From: an uncultured delta proteobacterium
Lineage (GTDB): Bacteria; Desulfobacterota; Binatia; Binatales; Binataceae
Reading direction: 5' to 3'
Length of the DNA: 64,000 nt
Assembly (NCBI GenBank): GCA_963808235.1
Contig: CAWEEQ010000004.1
Span: 864,001 to 928,000, forward strand
Shown: positions 29,727 to 40,152 of the stretch, in pieces
How the letters are laid out: each line of letters begins with the position of its first letter
How positions within the stretch are numbered: position 1 is the stretch's first letter
Notes under the pieces: model-generated
Seen by the model: the letters and a program-made list of their open reading frames with translations, nothing else
Told to the model about the DNA's origin: nothing
The model's database searches: none
Made by a program: the position numbers and the translations under genes

Positions 29727-29797
29727 TTGCTTTAGGCTAGTCTCGGTGGGCAATCGCGTGGCTTCTCGTCTCCGTACCTCGACAACGATTGCCGTCA

Positions 29798-29846
29798 GTT
29801 CGAAAATTTGAACGCGCAAAACAGACCTGCGTACAAACTCTTGAAC
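29798..29846. promoter_or_regulatory. Putative tandem enhancer (UAS) sites for the sigma54 activator
   Basis: GTTCGAAAATTTGAAC (29798-29813) and GTACAAACTCTTGAAC (29831-29846), 33 bp apart, between divergent sigma54 promoters. Confidence 0.6.
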
Positions 29847-29905
29847 GAAATGATCTGGAACTCGTCAAATTGGCGCGATAATTAACGAATTTTAATCTTG
29901 GATGG

Positions 29906-29921
29906 CGGCATCGCGTTTGCT
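29906..29921 (+). promoter_or_regulatory. sigma54 -24/-12 promoter of the kinase/activator operon
   Basis: CGGCATCGCGTTTGCT (GG-N10-GC), 35 nt before ATG 29956. Confidence 0.65.
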
Positions 29922-29955
29922 CATAAGCCCATCTCCAGCGAACGCCAAGTAAATA

Positions 29956-31308
29956 ATGACCGAACCTAAGCCGAGCAAAGATCTCTGGGCACTTAGTTCC
30001 CTCGCCGCCACGATGGGCGATGCCGCAGCCGATTTCGCCGCCGACGACCAGTTATCTTTTCGGCGGCAGGAATTTGTCTTCGCCGCGCTCAATCTCCTGC
30101 TGATTGGTTCTCTTTTTGCGCTGCAGGCGATCTCGAGGTTGGGCCGGGGCAAGCCTTCCGCATCGGTCATCATAGTCCTTGCGGCCGGCTTTATAATTGA
30201 GGCGGCACACGTCATCTGGCTTCGAGCGAAGAGCGCGCCGCTTTCTCGCCCGCTACAGCGAATCCTCACCTACTGGTCTCTCATCTTCAACTCGACGCTG
30301 GCGCTGGTGCTCACTTCTCTGACGATCGGGGGAGACACCGCTTACTACGCCCTCATGCTTCTTCCGATACTCGAAGCCTCTTTCAGGCTCGGTCTCGGCG
30401 CCATGATCGGGGTGACCGCGCTATCGGTCTTCATCTGCTTTCTGGGCGCTTACGGCTTGAAATTCGGCGAGTATATCGAAGCGGGCGCGATGTCGGTCAT
30501 TTACTGCGTGATGGGAGTGCTGGTGTGGCTACTGGTCAATAATCTTCGTGCGAGAGAGACCAGCTTTGCACGCTGCATTCAGGAACTCGAGCGCACCCGC
30601 CTGCAATTGCTCTCCGAAGAGAAACTTGCTGCGATCGGCCGATTGTCCAGGGCGATTGCGCACGAGATCCGAAATCCCGTCGCGATGATTTCCAGCTCCC
30701 TGGCTACCGCCAACCGCCCGGATCAGGACGAAACAGAACGAGAGGAAATGTTCTCGATCGCGGCGAAAGAAGCCCAGCGTCTCGAACGGCTCACCACCGA
30801 CTTCCTGGTCTACGCGCGCCCGCGCCCGGTGCAGGTTGCGCGAGCAAACCTCGCCGACACCTTGAACTACGTCGCTACTGTGGCCCGCGCCCACGCTGCC
30901 AATGAAGGCGTAGCGATCGATGTCGCTGTCGACGCCAACCTTGAAGGCGAGTTCGATGCGACCCAGATGCATCAGGCGCTCTTGAACCTGGTGCTGAACG
31001 CGATCGATGCATGCCATCGCGGCGATTTGGTTAAACTCAACGCGCATCTGGACGGGAACGGGACGATCCAAATCGACGTGGTCGATCCGGCTGGTCCGAT
31101 CCCCGATGAAATAGTGGCGCGCATTTTCGAGCCACTGTTTACTACCAAGCAGGGCGGCAGCGGACTTGGACTTGCGATCGCGCGCAATATCGTGCGCGCA
31201 CACGGCAGCGATATCATTCTGAGAGACAACGAACCGCAGCGAGTGTGCTTTTCCATCGAGATATCGGCGCACTCACCGAACCAATCCTCTCACAGCAAAG
31301 GGGCCTGA
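29956..31308 (+). CDS. Membrane sensor histidine kinase (NtrB-like core, multi-TM input)
   Basis: About 6 TM segments, 'AHEIRNP', 'NLVLNA', 'FEPLFTTKQGGSGLGL'. Confidence 0.93.
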   Translation: MTEPKPSKDLWALSSLAATMGDAAADFAADDQLSFRRQEFVFAALNLLLIGSLFALQAISRLGRGKPSASVIIVLAAGFIIEAAHVIWLRAKSAPLSRPLQRILTYWSLIFNSTLALVLTSLTIGGDTAYYALMLLPILEASFRLGLGAMIGVTALSVFICFLGAYGLKFGEYIEAGAMSVIYCVMGVLVWLLVNNLRARETSFARCIQELERTRLQLLSEEKLAAIGRLSRAIAHEIRNPVAMISSSLATANRPDQDETEREEMFSIAAKEAQRLERLTTDFLVYARPRPVQVARANLADTLNYVATVARAHAANEGVAIDVAVDANLEGEFDATQMHQALLNLVLNAIDACHRGDLVKLNAHLDGNGTIQIDVVDPAGPIPDEIVARIFEPLFTTKQGGSGLGLAIARNIVRAHGSDIILRDNEPQRVCFSIEISAHSPNQSSHSKGA

Positions 31309-31310
31309 CC

Positions 31311-32717
31311 ATGTGCAAGATACTCGTTGTGGATGACGAACCGCATTTGCGGCGAATATTGAGCTCCAACCTCAAGCAGGAGCATCACGAGGTAATCGAA
31401 GCTGCCGGTGTCAACGAAGCGCGCGGCGCACTTGCCGAATATACCTTCGACGCCATCATAACGGACCAGAAAATGAGCGACGGAGAAGGATTGGACGTTC
31501 TGGCTGCGGCTCGCGAGGCCGACCCGACCCTGTCGGTCGTTTTTCTGACCGCGTTCGCGACAATTGAACTCGCGGTGGAAAGCATGCGCCGCGGCGCATT
31601 TGATTTCATCACCAAGCCCTTCGTTCCTGAAGTATTGCTGGCATCGGCCACGCGCGCGATGGAGCACACGCGACTGGTGCGTGAGAACAGCAGGCTTCGC
31701 GACACCGTGGTCCGCCTTGAAGGCTCGTCGGAGATCGCAGGGCGCAGTGCGCCGATCCGTCAACTTCGGGAAAAAATTGCGCGCGTTGCACCAACCAACG
31801 CCACCGTCCTGGTCACTGGAGAAACCGGAACCGGCAAGGAGCTGGTCGCTCGCGCAATTCATCGCAACAGCCTGCGTGCAGAAAAGACGCTCATCGCAAT
31901 CAATTGTGCGGCGTTTACCGAAACCCTTCTGGAAAGCGAGCTGTTCGGACACGAGCGGGGCGCATTCACCGGCGCAGATCGCGCGCGCGAGGGAGTTTTC
32001 GAGGCCGCAAACGAAGGCACACTTTTCCTGGATGAGGCCGCCGAGATGTCGCTGGCGGCGCAAGCCAAACTGCTGCGGGTGCTGACCGACGGGCTCGTCA
32101 CGCGGCTCGGATCAACCAAGCCCCGGCATACCGATGTCCGGCTGCTGGTCGCGACCAACAGAGATTTGCAGCGGCGCGTGCAGGAAGGCCGCTTTCGCGA
32201 GGACCTCTACTACCGGCTGGCTGTGGTTCCGCTGACAGTTCCTCCTCTGCGCGAACATCGCGATGATATACCCGAGCTCTGCGCTCTCTTCCTGGCGCAA
32301 GCGGTGCGCGATCTGAAGACGCCGCCGCGCCGAATCAGCACCGAGGCGATTCGCACGCTCATGGGCTACGATTTTCCCGGGAACATCCGCGAACTTCGTA
32401 ATCTTATCGAGCGCGCTTGCATTCTCTCGGCACAAGAGGAAATCACGTCCGAGAACTTCCCGGTATCGACGCCGCCCAACGCAAACGGCGTCCCGCCCCG
32501 CATCTCCGCCGAGCTCACGCCCGACCAGTTCGCCGAGCTGATGCCCCAGACGCACAATCTTCGAGAGTTCCTGGCCTCGCTGGAAAAAGCGGTGATTCAG
32601 CGCGCGCTGAAAATAACCGATGGCGCCCAGGCGGAAGTAGCGCGGAGGCTGGGAATGTCGCGAAGCGATCTTTCATACAAACTCGGCAAACATCGGATCA
32701 GAGATACGGCTGGTTGA
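31311..32717 (+). CDS. sigma54-dependent response regulator (NtrC/AtoC family enhancer-binding protein)
   Basis: REC domain (VVDDE, TDQKM), GETGTGKE, GAFTGA, LFLDE, FPGNIREL, C-terminal HTH. Confidence 0.95.
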   Translation: MCKILVVDDEPHLRRILSSNLKQEHHEVIEAAGVNEARGALAEYTFDAIITDQKMSDGEGLDVLAAAREADPTLSVVFLTAFATIELAVESMRRGAFDFITKPFVPEVLLASATRAMEHTRLVRENSRLRDTVVRLEGSSEIAGRSAPIRQLREKIARVAPTNATVLVTGETGTGKELVARAIHRNSLRAEKTLIAINCAAFTETLLESELFGHERGAFTGADRAREGVFEAANEGTLFLDEAAEMSLAAQAKLLRVLTDGLVTRLGSTKPRHTDVRLLVATNRDLQRRVQEGRFREDLYYRLAVVPLTVPPLREHRDDIPELCALFLAQAVRDLKTPPRRISTEAIRTLMGYDFPGNIRELRNLIERACILSAQEEITSENFPVSTPPNANGVPPRISAELTPDQFAELMPQTHNLREFLASLEKAVIQRALKITDGAQAEVARRLGMSRSDLSYKLGKHRIRDTAG

Positions 32718-32949
32718 AGGACGGGAACCGCGAGAGATTCCGCGATACATCCTCTCTGTTATATCCTCGCCCGATGATCGCTCAGTAACGCACCACAGAC
32801 GGTGAGTCGGTGCCGATAACTGTTGGCCGCGGAGGGCGCAGGGGCGAAGAACAGGCGTATTGCGAAACTGTGTAGATTTTTCGTTTCTCTTTTGCTCAGG
32901 GACCCGAAGCGCGCCTAGTTTCTTATTGCATCAAATCCTAAACCAATGT

Positions 32950-32965
32950 TGGCTGTTATCTTGCT
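32950..32965 (+). promoter_or_regulatory. sigma54 -24/-12 promoter of glgE-treS
   Basis: TGGCTGTTATCTTGCT (GG-N10-GC), 80 nt before the glgE ATG. Confidence 0.65.
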
Positions 32966-33044
32966 CAACGTCGTAATTGACGCACAGGCTCAGCACCGTG
33001 AGCCGAACGAGAAACTCGATTTTCCGAGGTAATTCCGGGCGGCG

Positions 33045-35033
33045 ATGTCCTCCTCTCAAGCACAAATCGATTCTCAGCTGGTTTTGCCGGAACAGCGCCC
33101 GAGCCATTTCATCATCGAAGATGTAACGCCTTCGGTTGACGGTGGCCGTTATCCGGCAAAGCGAATCGTGGGTGAGCCATGCATCGTCGAAGCGGATATT
33201 TTTCGTGACGGGCATCAAGTGTTGCGCGCGGCAGTCAAATGGCGCCGCAAACGCGACGAGGCTTTTGAGGAAGCGCCGATGCTCGCCGTCGACAACGATC
33301 GGTGGCGGGGCGTGTTCATCCCGACCGACAACGCGCGCTATGTATTCACGATCGAAGCGTGGACCGATCTGTTTGCTACCTGGCTTGCGGACTTTACCAA
33401 GAAAGTGACGGCGGCGCGGCCAGTCGCGTCAGATGTTCTCGAGGGGATTGCGCTGGTCAAAAAAATGGTTGCGGACGCGCAGGGTACCGATCGCGTCTTG
33501 CTCGAGGATGCGCTCGCGCGATTGCGCGTCGCGAAGGACGGGACCACAGCGCTCGCGGCGATCAGCGACGCGGAGATTTCTGCCGCCGCAGGCCGGGTCG
33601 GTCGGCGATTTGGTGTGACGCGTTTCGAGCCGCTGCTGGAGCTGATCGTCGATCGCGAGAAAGCTCGTTTCGGCACCTGGTACGAGATGTTTGTGCGATC
33701 GCAGGGAACGAAACCGGGGAAGCCTGGCACCTTCAAGGACGCCGAGCAGCGCCTGCCCGAGATCCGCGATATGGGATTTGACGTCGTGTACCTGCCGCCG
33801 ATCCATCCGATCGGGCACACCAATCGCAAGGGTCCCGACAATGCGCTCGACGGCGGAGCCAACTCTCCGGGCAGCCCATGGGCGATTGGGAGCGAGGCCG
33901 GAGGCCATACCGCGGTCGATCCGTCGCTTGGGACGCTGAAAGATTTCGATCGTTTCTGCGCGACCGCAAATCGTCTTGGAATCGAGGTGGCGCTGGATTT
34001 CGCAATTCAATGCTCGCCGGATCATCCGTGGGTCCGCGAGCATCCCCAGTGGTTCCATCATCGGCCTGACGGCAGCATCAAATACGCAGAGAATCCCCCC
34101 AAAGAGTACGAGGACATCTATCCGATCGATTTCGACACCGCAGATCAGCGCGGATTGTTCGAGGAACTGCTGCGGGTGGTAAAATTCTGGCGTGAGCACG
34201 GGGTAAAGATCTTTCGCGTTGACAATCCGCATACCAAGCCGGTTCAATTCTGGAACTGGCTAATCAATGAGGTACAGACGACCAGCCCCGAAACGATTTT
34301 CCTTGCGGAAGCCTTCACGCGCCCCAAGGTGATGAAGGCACTGGCTAAGGCGGGATTTACACAGTCGTATACTTACTTCACCTGGCGGAACACAAAGGTG
34401 GAGCTGACTGAGTATCTGACCGAGCTCACGCAAACGCCGATGCGAGAATACTTTCGCCCCAATTTTTTCACCAATACCCCGGACATCCTGGCCCCCATAC
34501 TGCAAACCGGCGGTCGCGCGGCCTTCAAGATGAGGTTGGTGCTCGCGGCGACGCTATCGCCATCCTTCGGAATCTACAGCGGGTTTGAACTCTGCGAGAA
34601 TCAGGCGGTGCCAGGCACCGAAGAATACCTGAATTCGGAGAAGTACCAGATCAAGGTACGCGACTGGAACCGACCCGGAAACATCAAGGAGTCTATCGGA
34701 CGGGTCAACTCGATCCGCCGTGGCAATCCCGCGCTTCAACAGTTTTTAAATTTGCAGTTTCTGAACACTGACAACGACCAGATCCTTTTCTTCTCCAAAG
34801 CCACGCGGGACAACAAGAATGTGATCCTGGTTGCGGTCAATCTGGACCCGTTCAACACGCAGGCTTGCACCGTGCTGGTGCCGCCGGAGGTGGCAGGTGT
34901 CGTGGCCGGCCGGAGCTATCGAGTCACCGATCTTTTGACTGGAGCGAGATATGTGTGGTCGGATCGCAATTACGTGCGGCTTGATCCGGCGTTTGAATCT
35001 GCTCATATTCTGCGCGTCGACGAGCCCCTGTGA
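33045..35033 (+). CDS. glgE: Alpha-1,4-glucan:maltose-1-phosphate maltosyltransferase
   Basis: 'YLPPIHPIG..NRKG', 'QCSPDHPW', 'YAENPPK.YEDIYP', 'FRVDNPHTKP', 'FLAEAFTRP', 'NTPDIL'. Confidence 0.96.
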   Translation: MSSSQAQIDSQLVLPEQRPSHFIIEDVTPSVDGGRYPAKRIVGEPCIVEADIFRDGHQVLRAAVKWRRKRDEAFEEAPMLAVDNDRWRGVFIPTDNARYVFTIEAWTDLFATWLADFTKKVTAARPVASDVLEGIALVKKMVADAQGTDRVLLEDALARLRVAKDGTTALAAISDAEISAAAGRVGRRFGVTRFEPLLELIVDREKARFGTWYEMFVRSQGTKPGKPGTFKDAEQRLPEIRDMGFDVVYLPPIHPIGHTNRKGPDNALDGGANSPGSPWAIGSEAGGHTAVDPSLGTLKDFDRFCATANRLGIEVALDFAIQCSPDHPWVREHPQWFHHRPDGSIKYAENPPKEYEDIYPIDFDTADQRGLFEELLRVVKFWREHGVKIFRVDNPHTKPVQFWNWLINEVQTTSPETIFLAEAFTRPKVMKALAKAGFTQSYTYFTWRNTKVELTEYLTELTQTPMREYFRPNFFTNTPDILAPILQTGGRAAFKMRLVLAATLSPSFGIYSGFELCENQAVPGTEEYLNSEKYQIKVRDWNRPGNIKESIGRVNSIRRGNPALQQFLNLQFLNTDNDQILFFSKATRDNKNVILVAVNLDPFNTQACTVLVPPEVAGVVAGRSYRVTDLLTGARYVWSDRNYVRLDPAFESAHILRVDEPL

Positions 35034-35042
35034 GTTACAGAC

Positions 35043-38000
35043 GTGCCGACCATGCTCCATCTTGAAAACAGTTCGACCTCCGATCCTCTATGGTACAAGG
35101 ACGCTATCTTCTACGAACTGCGAGTTCGCTCTTTCTACGACAGTAACGGCGACGGCGTGGGTGATTTTCCCGGCCTGACTGCGAAACTCGACTACCTGCA
35201 TTCGCTGGGAGTGACCACATTGTGGCTACTCCCTTTTTACCCTTCGCCGATGCGTGACGATGGGTACGATATTGCTGACTATACCAATATACACCAAGCC
35301 TGCGGGACCTTACGCGACTTCAAAGTATTCGTTCGGGAGGCGCATAAGCGTGATCTGAAAATAGTCACTGAGTTAGTACTCAATCATACCTCAGATCGTC
35401 ATGAATGGTTTCAACGCGCGCGGCGTTCGCCCGCCGGCAGTATATATCGTGATTACTATGTCTGGAGCGATACGCCCGAACGCTACAAGGATGCGCGGAT
35501 CATCTTCCAGGATTTCGAGCCATCCAATTGGTCATGGGATCCGTTAGCGAAGGCTTACTACTTCCATCGCTTTTACAGTCATCAGCCCGATCTCAACTAC
35601 GATAATCCGGCAGTTCTCCGGGAAATGCGACGAGTGATCGCGTTCTGGCTGGGTCTTGGCGTTGATGGTCTCAGGCTCGACGCGGTTCCCTACCTTTTCA
35701 AACGCGAAGGGACGAATTGCGAGAACCTGCCCGAAACGCACGCATTCCTGCGCGAATTGCGCGCATATATCGACGCCAGGTTTCCCAACCGAATGTTGCT
35801 TGCCGAAGCGAATCAATGGCCCGAAGAAGCGGTCGCGTATCTGGCAGAAGGCAAAGAATGCAACATGGCGTTCCACTTCCCCCTGATGCCGCGGATGTTC
35901 ATGTCGGTGAGGATGGAAGATCGATTTCCGCTAACCGATATCTGGGCGCAGACTCCTGAAATCGATCCGACCTGCCAGTGGGCATTATTTCTGCGCAATC
36001 ATGACGAACTGACTCTTGAGATGGTGACGGACGAAGAGCGCGACTATATGTACCGCGCCTACGCGCAAGACGCGCGAATGAGAGTCAATCTGGGTATTCG
36101 CCGGCGCCTCGCGCCGCTGCTCGGCAACCATCGACGTACTATCGAACTGAATAATGCATTGCTGTTTTCGTTGCCGGGGACGCCGGTCATCTATTATGGC
36201 GACGAAATCGGAATGGGAGACAACGTCTATCTCGGCGATCGAGATGGAGTTCGAACTCCGATGCAGTGGAGCGCGGATCGGAACGCCGGATTTTCTTCGG
36301 CCAACCCGCAGCGTCTGATTCTGCCGGTGATAATAGATCCCGAATACCACTATCAAAGCACCAACGTTGAAGCCCACGAGAGCAATCGCCACTCCCTGCT
36401 CTGGTGGATGCGCCGGATGGTCGCGCTGCGCAAGCAAGTCAAAGCATTCGGCCGCGGCTCGATGGAGTTTCTGAACCCCGAAAATTCGCACGTTCTGTCC
36501 TTCATCCGCGCGCATGAAGGCCAGCAGATACTGGTAGTCGCTAACCTTTCGCGGTTCGTGCAATATGTCGAACTCGATTTGGCGAGGTTCAAAGGCTCGA
36601 CGCCGATCGAACTCTTTGGCCGCACGCCTTTTCCACCTATCGGCGATCTACCCTACCTGCTGACTCTCGGACCGCACGGGTTTTTCTGGTTCGCTATCGA
36701 ACAGCATCGAGCGGCTGCTGCCGAACAATCCGAGTATGTAATTCCGCGTATCGAGATGAACGCGGGCTTCGACGGCATCCTGCGCGGTGACGCTCGGCAA
36801 CGGCTTGAGCAGCTCTTGCCGGGCTATCTGCCGCATTGCAGGTGGTTTCGCGCGAAGGGCCGAGCGATAACCAAGGTTCAGATCGCCGACACGGTGCCGA
36901 TGTCCGAAGGTCCGGGCGTTGCGCAACTTGCGCTGCTGAACGTCGAATATTTGAACGCCGAGCCGGATACCTACTTGTTGCCACTGGCTATTGCGACCGG
37001 CGATCGAGGACGTGATGTGCGCTCGCGTTGGCCACAACAAGTAATCGCCGAAGTGAGAAGTTCAGGCCGCAATGGCGCCGGCGAGGGCATCCTTTACGAC
37101 GCGGTCGTCGATCCTGATTTTCTGAACGCTCTATTCGAGATAATCACGAAGCGGCGCCGTCATCGAGGGGCCGTAGGCGAGCTTCTGCCCGGGGCGACGC
37201 AGGCATTTTATGGGTTGCGCGGCGATCCGGAATCGCCGCTCGAACCCCGGGTATTAAAAGCGGAACAGAGCAACAGCTCGGTAGTATACGGCGACCGTTT
37301 CATACTCAAACTCTTTCGGCGGATCGAAGCCGGCTTGAATCCCAACGTCGAGATTGGGCATTTCCTGACCACGCACGAGAGATTTTCTCACGTTCCACCG
37401 TTGGCAGGCTCGATCGATTACAGCTCCGGCAGCGGCGAGCGAAGAAATCTCGCGGTGTTGCGAGCCTTCGTTCCAAATGAAGGCGACGCGTGGCAGTTCA
37501 CACTCGGAGAATTGGCTCGGTTTCTCGAAAATGCGGCTACGAGATCGGACCAGGCACCCTCGACGGATAAGACACTCGTCGATCTGCTCGCGCTGCCGGA
37601 GCCAGACCCGTTGGCCGCTGAGTTGATCGGTCACTACCTCGACGCCGCGCGATTGATGGGCAAGCGTCTCGGCGAACTTCATCTGGCGTTGGCTTCCACA
37701 GCCGACGATCCGGAGTTTGCCGTTGAACCGTACTCAACGCTCTACCAGCGTTCGACCTATCAATCGATGCGGAATCTGCTGGTACGAGTGATCCGCATGT
37801 GCAACAGCCGCGCCTTGACTGTTCCCCAGGATCTGCGCGATCGGGCGCAGCTCATCGCTTCGCATCAGCGCGAGATCGCTGCCCGGTTCGAGGCTTTTCT
37901 TAACTGTCGCCTGAGCATCGTGCGGATGCGCATTCATGGCGACTTGCACCTCGGGCAGATTCTCTACACCGGCAAGGATTTCGCCATCATCGATTTCGAG

Positions 38001-38450
38001 GGCGAACCTGCGCGTCCGCTGAGCGAGCGCCGTCTGAAGCGCGCGGCGTTGAGAGACGTTGCAGGAATGCTGCGATCGTTTCACTACGCGGCGCTAAGCT
38101 CGACGATCGAGCAGCTGAGAATCGGGGCGCTCGGCAAGTTTGATTTCGCCAGGATGGAGCCGTGGGCGGACTTCTGGCGGACGTGGTCTTCGTGGGCTTT
38201 TCTGAAGGGTTACCTGGAATCTGCCGGCCGCCCGCCGTTCGTTCCCGCAAACACCGACGAGCTCAGAATCCTGCTCGACGCCTTCATCATGGATAAGGCG
38301 ATTTACGAACTTGGTTACGAGCTCGACAACCGTCCCGAGTGGCTATTGATTCCATTACTCAGTATTGGTCAGTTGCTCGGTCTGGAAATTAGTAATACGC
38401 AAAACCTCATCGTACCCAAGCCTGGAGCCCATGAAAGCCTGCGAACATGA
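35043..38450 (+). CDS. treS: Trehalose synthase fused to maltokinase (TreS-Mak/Pep2)
   Basis: 'PLWYKDAIFYEL', 'RLDAVPYL', 'FLRNHDELTLEMVTDEER'; C-terminal 'AEQSNSS', 'RIHGDLHLGQ', 'DFEGEP', 'RDVAGMLRS'. Confidence 0.96.
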   Translation: MPTMLHLENSSTSDPLWYKDAIFYELRVRSFYDSNGDGVGDFPGLTAKLDYLHSLGVTTLWLLPFYPSPMRDDGYDIADYTNIHQACGTLRDFKVFVREAHKRDLKIVTELVLNHTSDRHEWFQRARRSPAGSIYRDYYVWSDTPERYKDARIIFQDFEPSNWSWDPLAKAYYFHRFYSHQPDLNYDNPAVLREMRRVIAFWLGLGVDGLRLDAVPYLFKREGTNCENLPETHAFLRELRAYIDARFPNRMLLAEANQWPEEAVAYLAEGKECNMAFHFPLMPRMFMSVRMEDRFPLTDIWAQTPEIDPTCQWALFLRNHDELTLEMVTDEERDYMYRAYAQDARMRVNLGIRRRLAPLLGNHRRTIELNNALLFSLPGTPVIYYGDEIGMGDNVYLGDRDGVRTPMQWSADRNAGFSSANPQRLILPVIIDPEYHYQSTNVEAHESNRHSLLWWMRRMVALRKQVKAFGRGSMEFLNPENSHVLSFIRAHEGQQILVVANLSRFVQYVELDLARFKGSTPIELFGRTPFPPIGDLPYLLTLGPHGFFWFAIEQHRAAAAEQSEYVIPRIEMNAGFDGILRGDARQRLEQLLPGYLPHCRWFRAKGRAITKVQIADTVPMSEGPGVAQLALLNVEYLNAEPDTYLLPLAIATGDRGRDVRSRWPQQVIAEVRSSGRNGAGEGILYDAVVDPDFLNALFEIITKRRRHRGAVGELLPGATQAFYGLRGDPESPLEPRVLKAEQSNSSVVYGDRFILKLFRRIEAGLNPNVEIGHFLTTHERFSHVPPLAGSIDYSSGSGERRNLAVLRAFVPNEGDAWQFTLGELARFLENAATRSDQAPSTDKTLVDLLALPEPDPLAAELIGHYLDAARLMGKRLGELHLALASTADDPEFAVEPYSTLYQRSTYQSMRNLLVRVIRMCNSRALTVPQDLRDRAQLIASHQREIAARFEAFLNCRLSIVRMRIHGDLHLGQILYTGKDFAIIDFEGEPARPLSERRLKRAALRDVAGMLRSFHYAALSSTIEQLRIGALGKFDFARMEPWADFWRTWSSWAFLKGYLESAGRPPFVPANTDELRILLDAFIMDKAIYELGYELDNRPEWLLIPLLSIGQLLGLEISNTQNLIVPKPGAHESLRT

Positions 38451-38570
38451 CGGGCTTGCCACGACGTAACCGGACCCTGGTCGACTGCGTCTATATAACA
38501 GGGATCCAGCGACCGACGAGGGTTTGTCTTGCCGGCACAGCACAAAATTCGCGACGCGCGGACCTATCAG

Positions 38571-39044
38571 ATGAGTCATCGGAGGGTTTTGTGCGCACTT
38601 GTGCTCGCGATTCTGGTAACTCCAGCCATCGCGTCATTGTTGATCGCGCCTGTCTTCGCTGATGTTTCGCCTGAGTTCACCAACAACGCCACGATAAGCA
38701 GCAGGACTTACGACGCCCCCGTCGAACTGGCCGCAGCGAATCTTCCCTCTATAGGCGGTCCAGATGACTACATGAATCAAAGCGGTGACGGCGGGTCGGG
38801 GGCAGGCGCTCCGCCGCAAACGTATTCGCCGCAAGCAATGGCACCGCCGGGCTATGCTCCCCAAGGCGCCCCTTCCCAGGAGTGGAATAATCGCTACGCG
38901 GACCCCAGCGCGGAACGCTCCGTATTGATCGGCGCCGCAGTGGTCGGTGCGGTAGCCATTGGGCTGTGGGCGTTGCAGCAGCACGAGCAAGCTCAACGCC
39001 GCGCCCGCAGACGATTTTATTCGCGTCAGCGCGCCTTCGATTAG
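38571..39044 (+). CDS. Hypothetical exported protein with C-terminal TM and Arg-rich tail
   Basis: Signal-like N-terminus, Pro/Gln/Gly linker, hydrophobic helix, RRARRR. Confidence 0.65.
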   Translation: MSHRRVLCALVLAILVTPAIASLLIAPVFADVSPEFTNNATISSRTYDAPVELAAANLPSIGGPDDYMNQSGDGGSGAGAPPQTYSPQAMAPPGYAPQGAPSQEWNNRYADPSAERSVLIGAAVVGAVAIGLWALQQHEQAQRRARRRFYSRQRAFD

Positions 39045-39061
39045 TTGAATCTCGTCAAATC

Positions 39062-40144
39062 TCAAATTCGAACGCAGTCTTCGCGAACGCCGATTCGCCG
39101 ACCGGTCGACGGATCAAAAAAATGCAATCGCGCCGGGTCGAGGTAGAGCGTCAACTGCGCGCCGCCTTCGACGCGCCGCGGTAGCTCGGCACGGAGCGAA
39201 GCATTACCGAGCTTTGCGGACACGATGTAGGTCGCTCCGGAGAACTCCACGCTCTGCACTATAACATCGAGCGCAACGCGGCCTTCGCCACCCTCCAAGC
39301 CCAGATCGTTGGGGCGAATTCCAACTTTGATTTGCGCAGGACCGCCTTCGGCTGGTTTGATTTTGAAATCGATCCCGTCAATGGTCAAGGTTCCTCCGCT
39401 TGTCGCGCTCTGTGCGAGGAAGAAATTCATCGGCGGGTTTCCGACGAAAGCTGCGACAAATTCGCTCTGTGGGAGATCGAAAATTTCCTGAGGCGTTCCC
39501 ACCTGCTCGACCCTGCCTGCGCGCATCACGACCAGCCGATCCGCCAGCGCCAGCGCTTCGACCTGGTCGTGCGTCACGTACACGAACGTGCGTCCGGTTC
39601 GGCGCTGGAATGTTTTCAGCTCGAGGCGCAGCGACGCGCGCAATTGTGCGTCGAGGCTCGCGAGCGCCTCGTCCATCAGGATGATCTCTGGCTCCCGCAC
39701 CAGTGCTCGGGCGAGCGCGACGCGTTGGCGTTCGCCGCCTGATAGCTCGCGCGGAAAGCGCTTGAGGTCGACCGTGAGTCCGGCCTTGGCCGCGCTCTCT
39801 TTTACCCGACGCTGCGTTTCCTCACGCGCGACGTGGCGGAGTTTCAGCGGAAACGCAATGTTTTGAAACACCGTCATATGCGGATAGAGCGCGAAATTCT
39901 GAAACACCATCGCGATCGAATCCCGATGCGTGTTCTTGCCGGCATCGCTCATTTCCCCTATCTGAATTTCGCCGCTGTCAGGCTGTTCGAGTCCGGCGAT
40001 CAGCCGGAGCAAGGTGGTCTTACCGCATCCTGACGGGCCCAGCAGCACCACAAATTCCCCGCTTGACACATCGAGCGAAACGTCGAAAATGCCTCCGCCA
40101 GAAGGGAATTTGCGAGTCAGGTTGCGAACGGCGAGGTCGGCCAT
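39062..40144 (-). CDS. Sugar ABC transporter ATP-binding protein (MalK/SugC-like)
   Basis: GPSGCGKTT, 'VFQNFALYPHM', LSGGERQR, 'VTHDQVEA', TOBE-like tail. Confidence 0.93.
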   Translation of the reverse strand: MADLAVRNLTRKFPSGGGIFDVSLDVSSGEFVVLLGPSGCGKTTLLRLIAGLEQPDSGEIQIGEMSDAGKNTHRDSIAMVFQNFALYPHMTVFQNIAFPLKLRHVAREETQRRVKESAAKAGLTVDLKRFPRELSGGERQRVALARALVREPEIILMDEALASLDAQLRASLRLELKTFQRRTGRTFVYVTHDQVEALALADRLVVMRAGRVEQVGTPQEIFDLPQSEFVAAFVGNPPMNFFLAQSATSGGTLTIDGIDFKIKPAEGGPAQIKVGIRPNDLGLEGGEGRVALDVIVQSVEFSGATYIVSAKLGNASLRAELPRRVEGGAQLTLYLDPARLHFFDPSTGRRIGVREDCVRI

Positions 40145-40152
40145 CAACGCGC

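Noticed and set aside
29602-29727. N-terminal extension of the desaturase-like ORF (likewise 44853..45158, 46616..46936, 51672..51782)
   Set aside because: Overlaps promoter motifs or the upstream gene; downstream starts fit better and give coupled ATGA/GTGA junctions for GH15 and treZ
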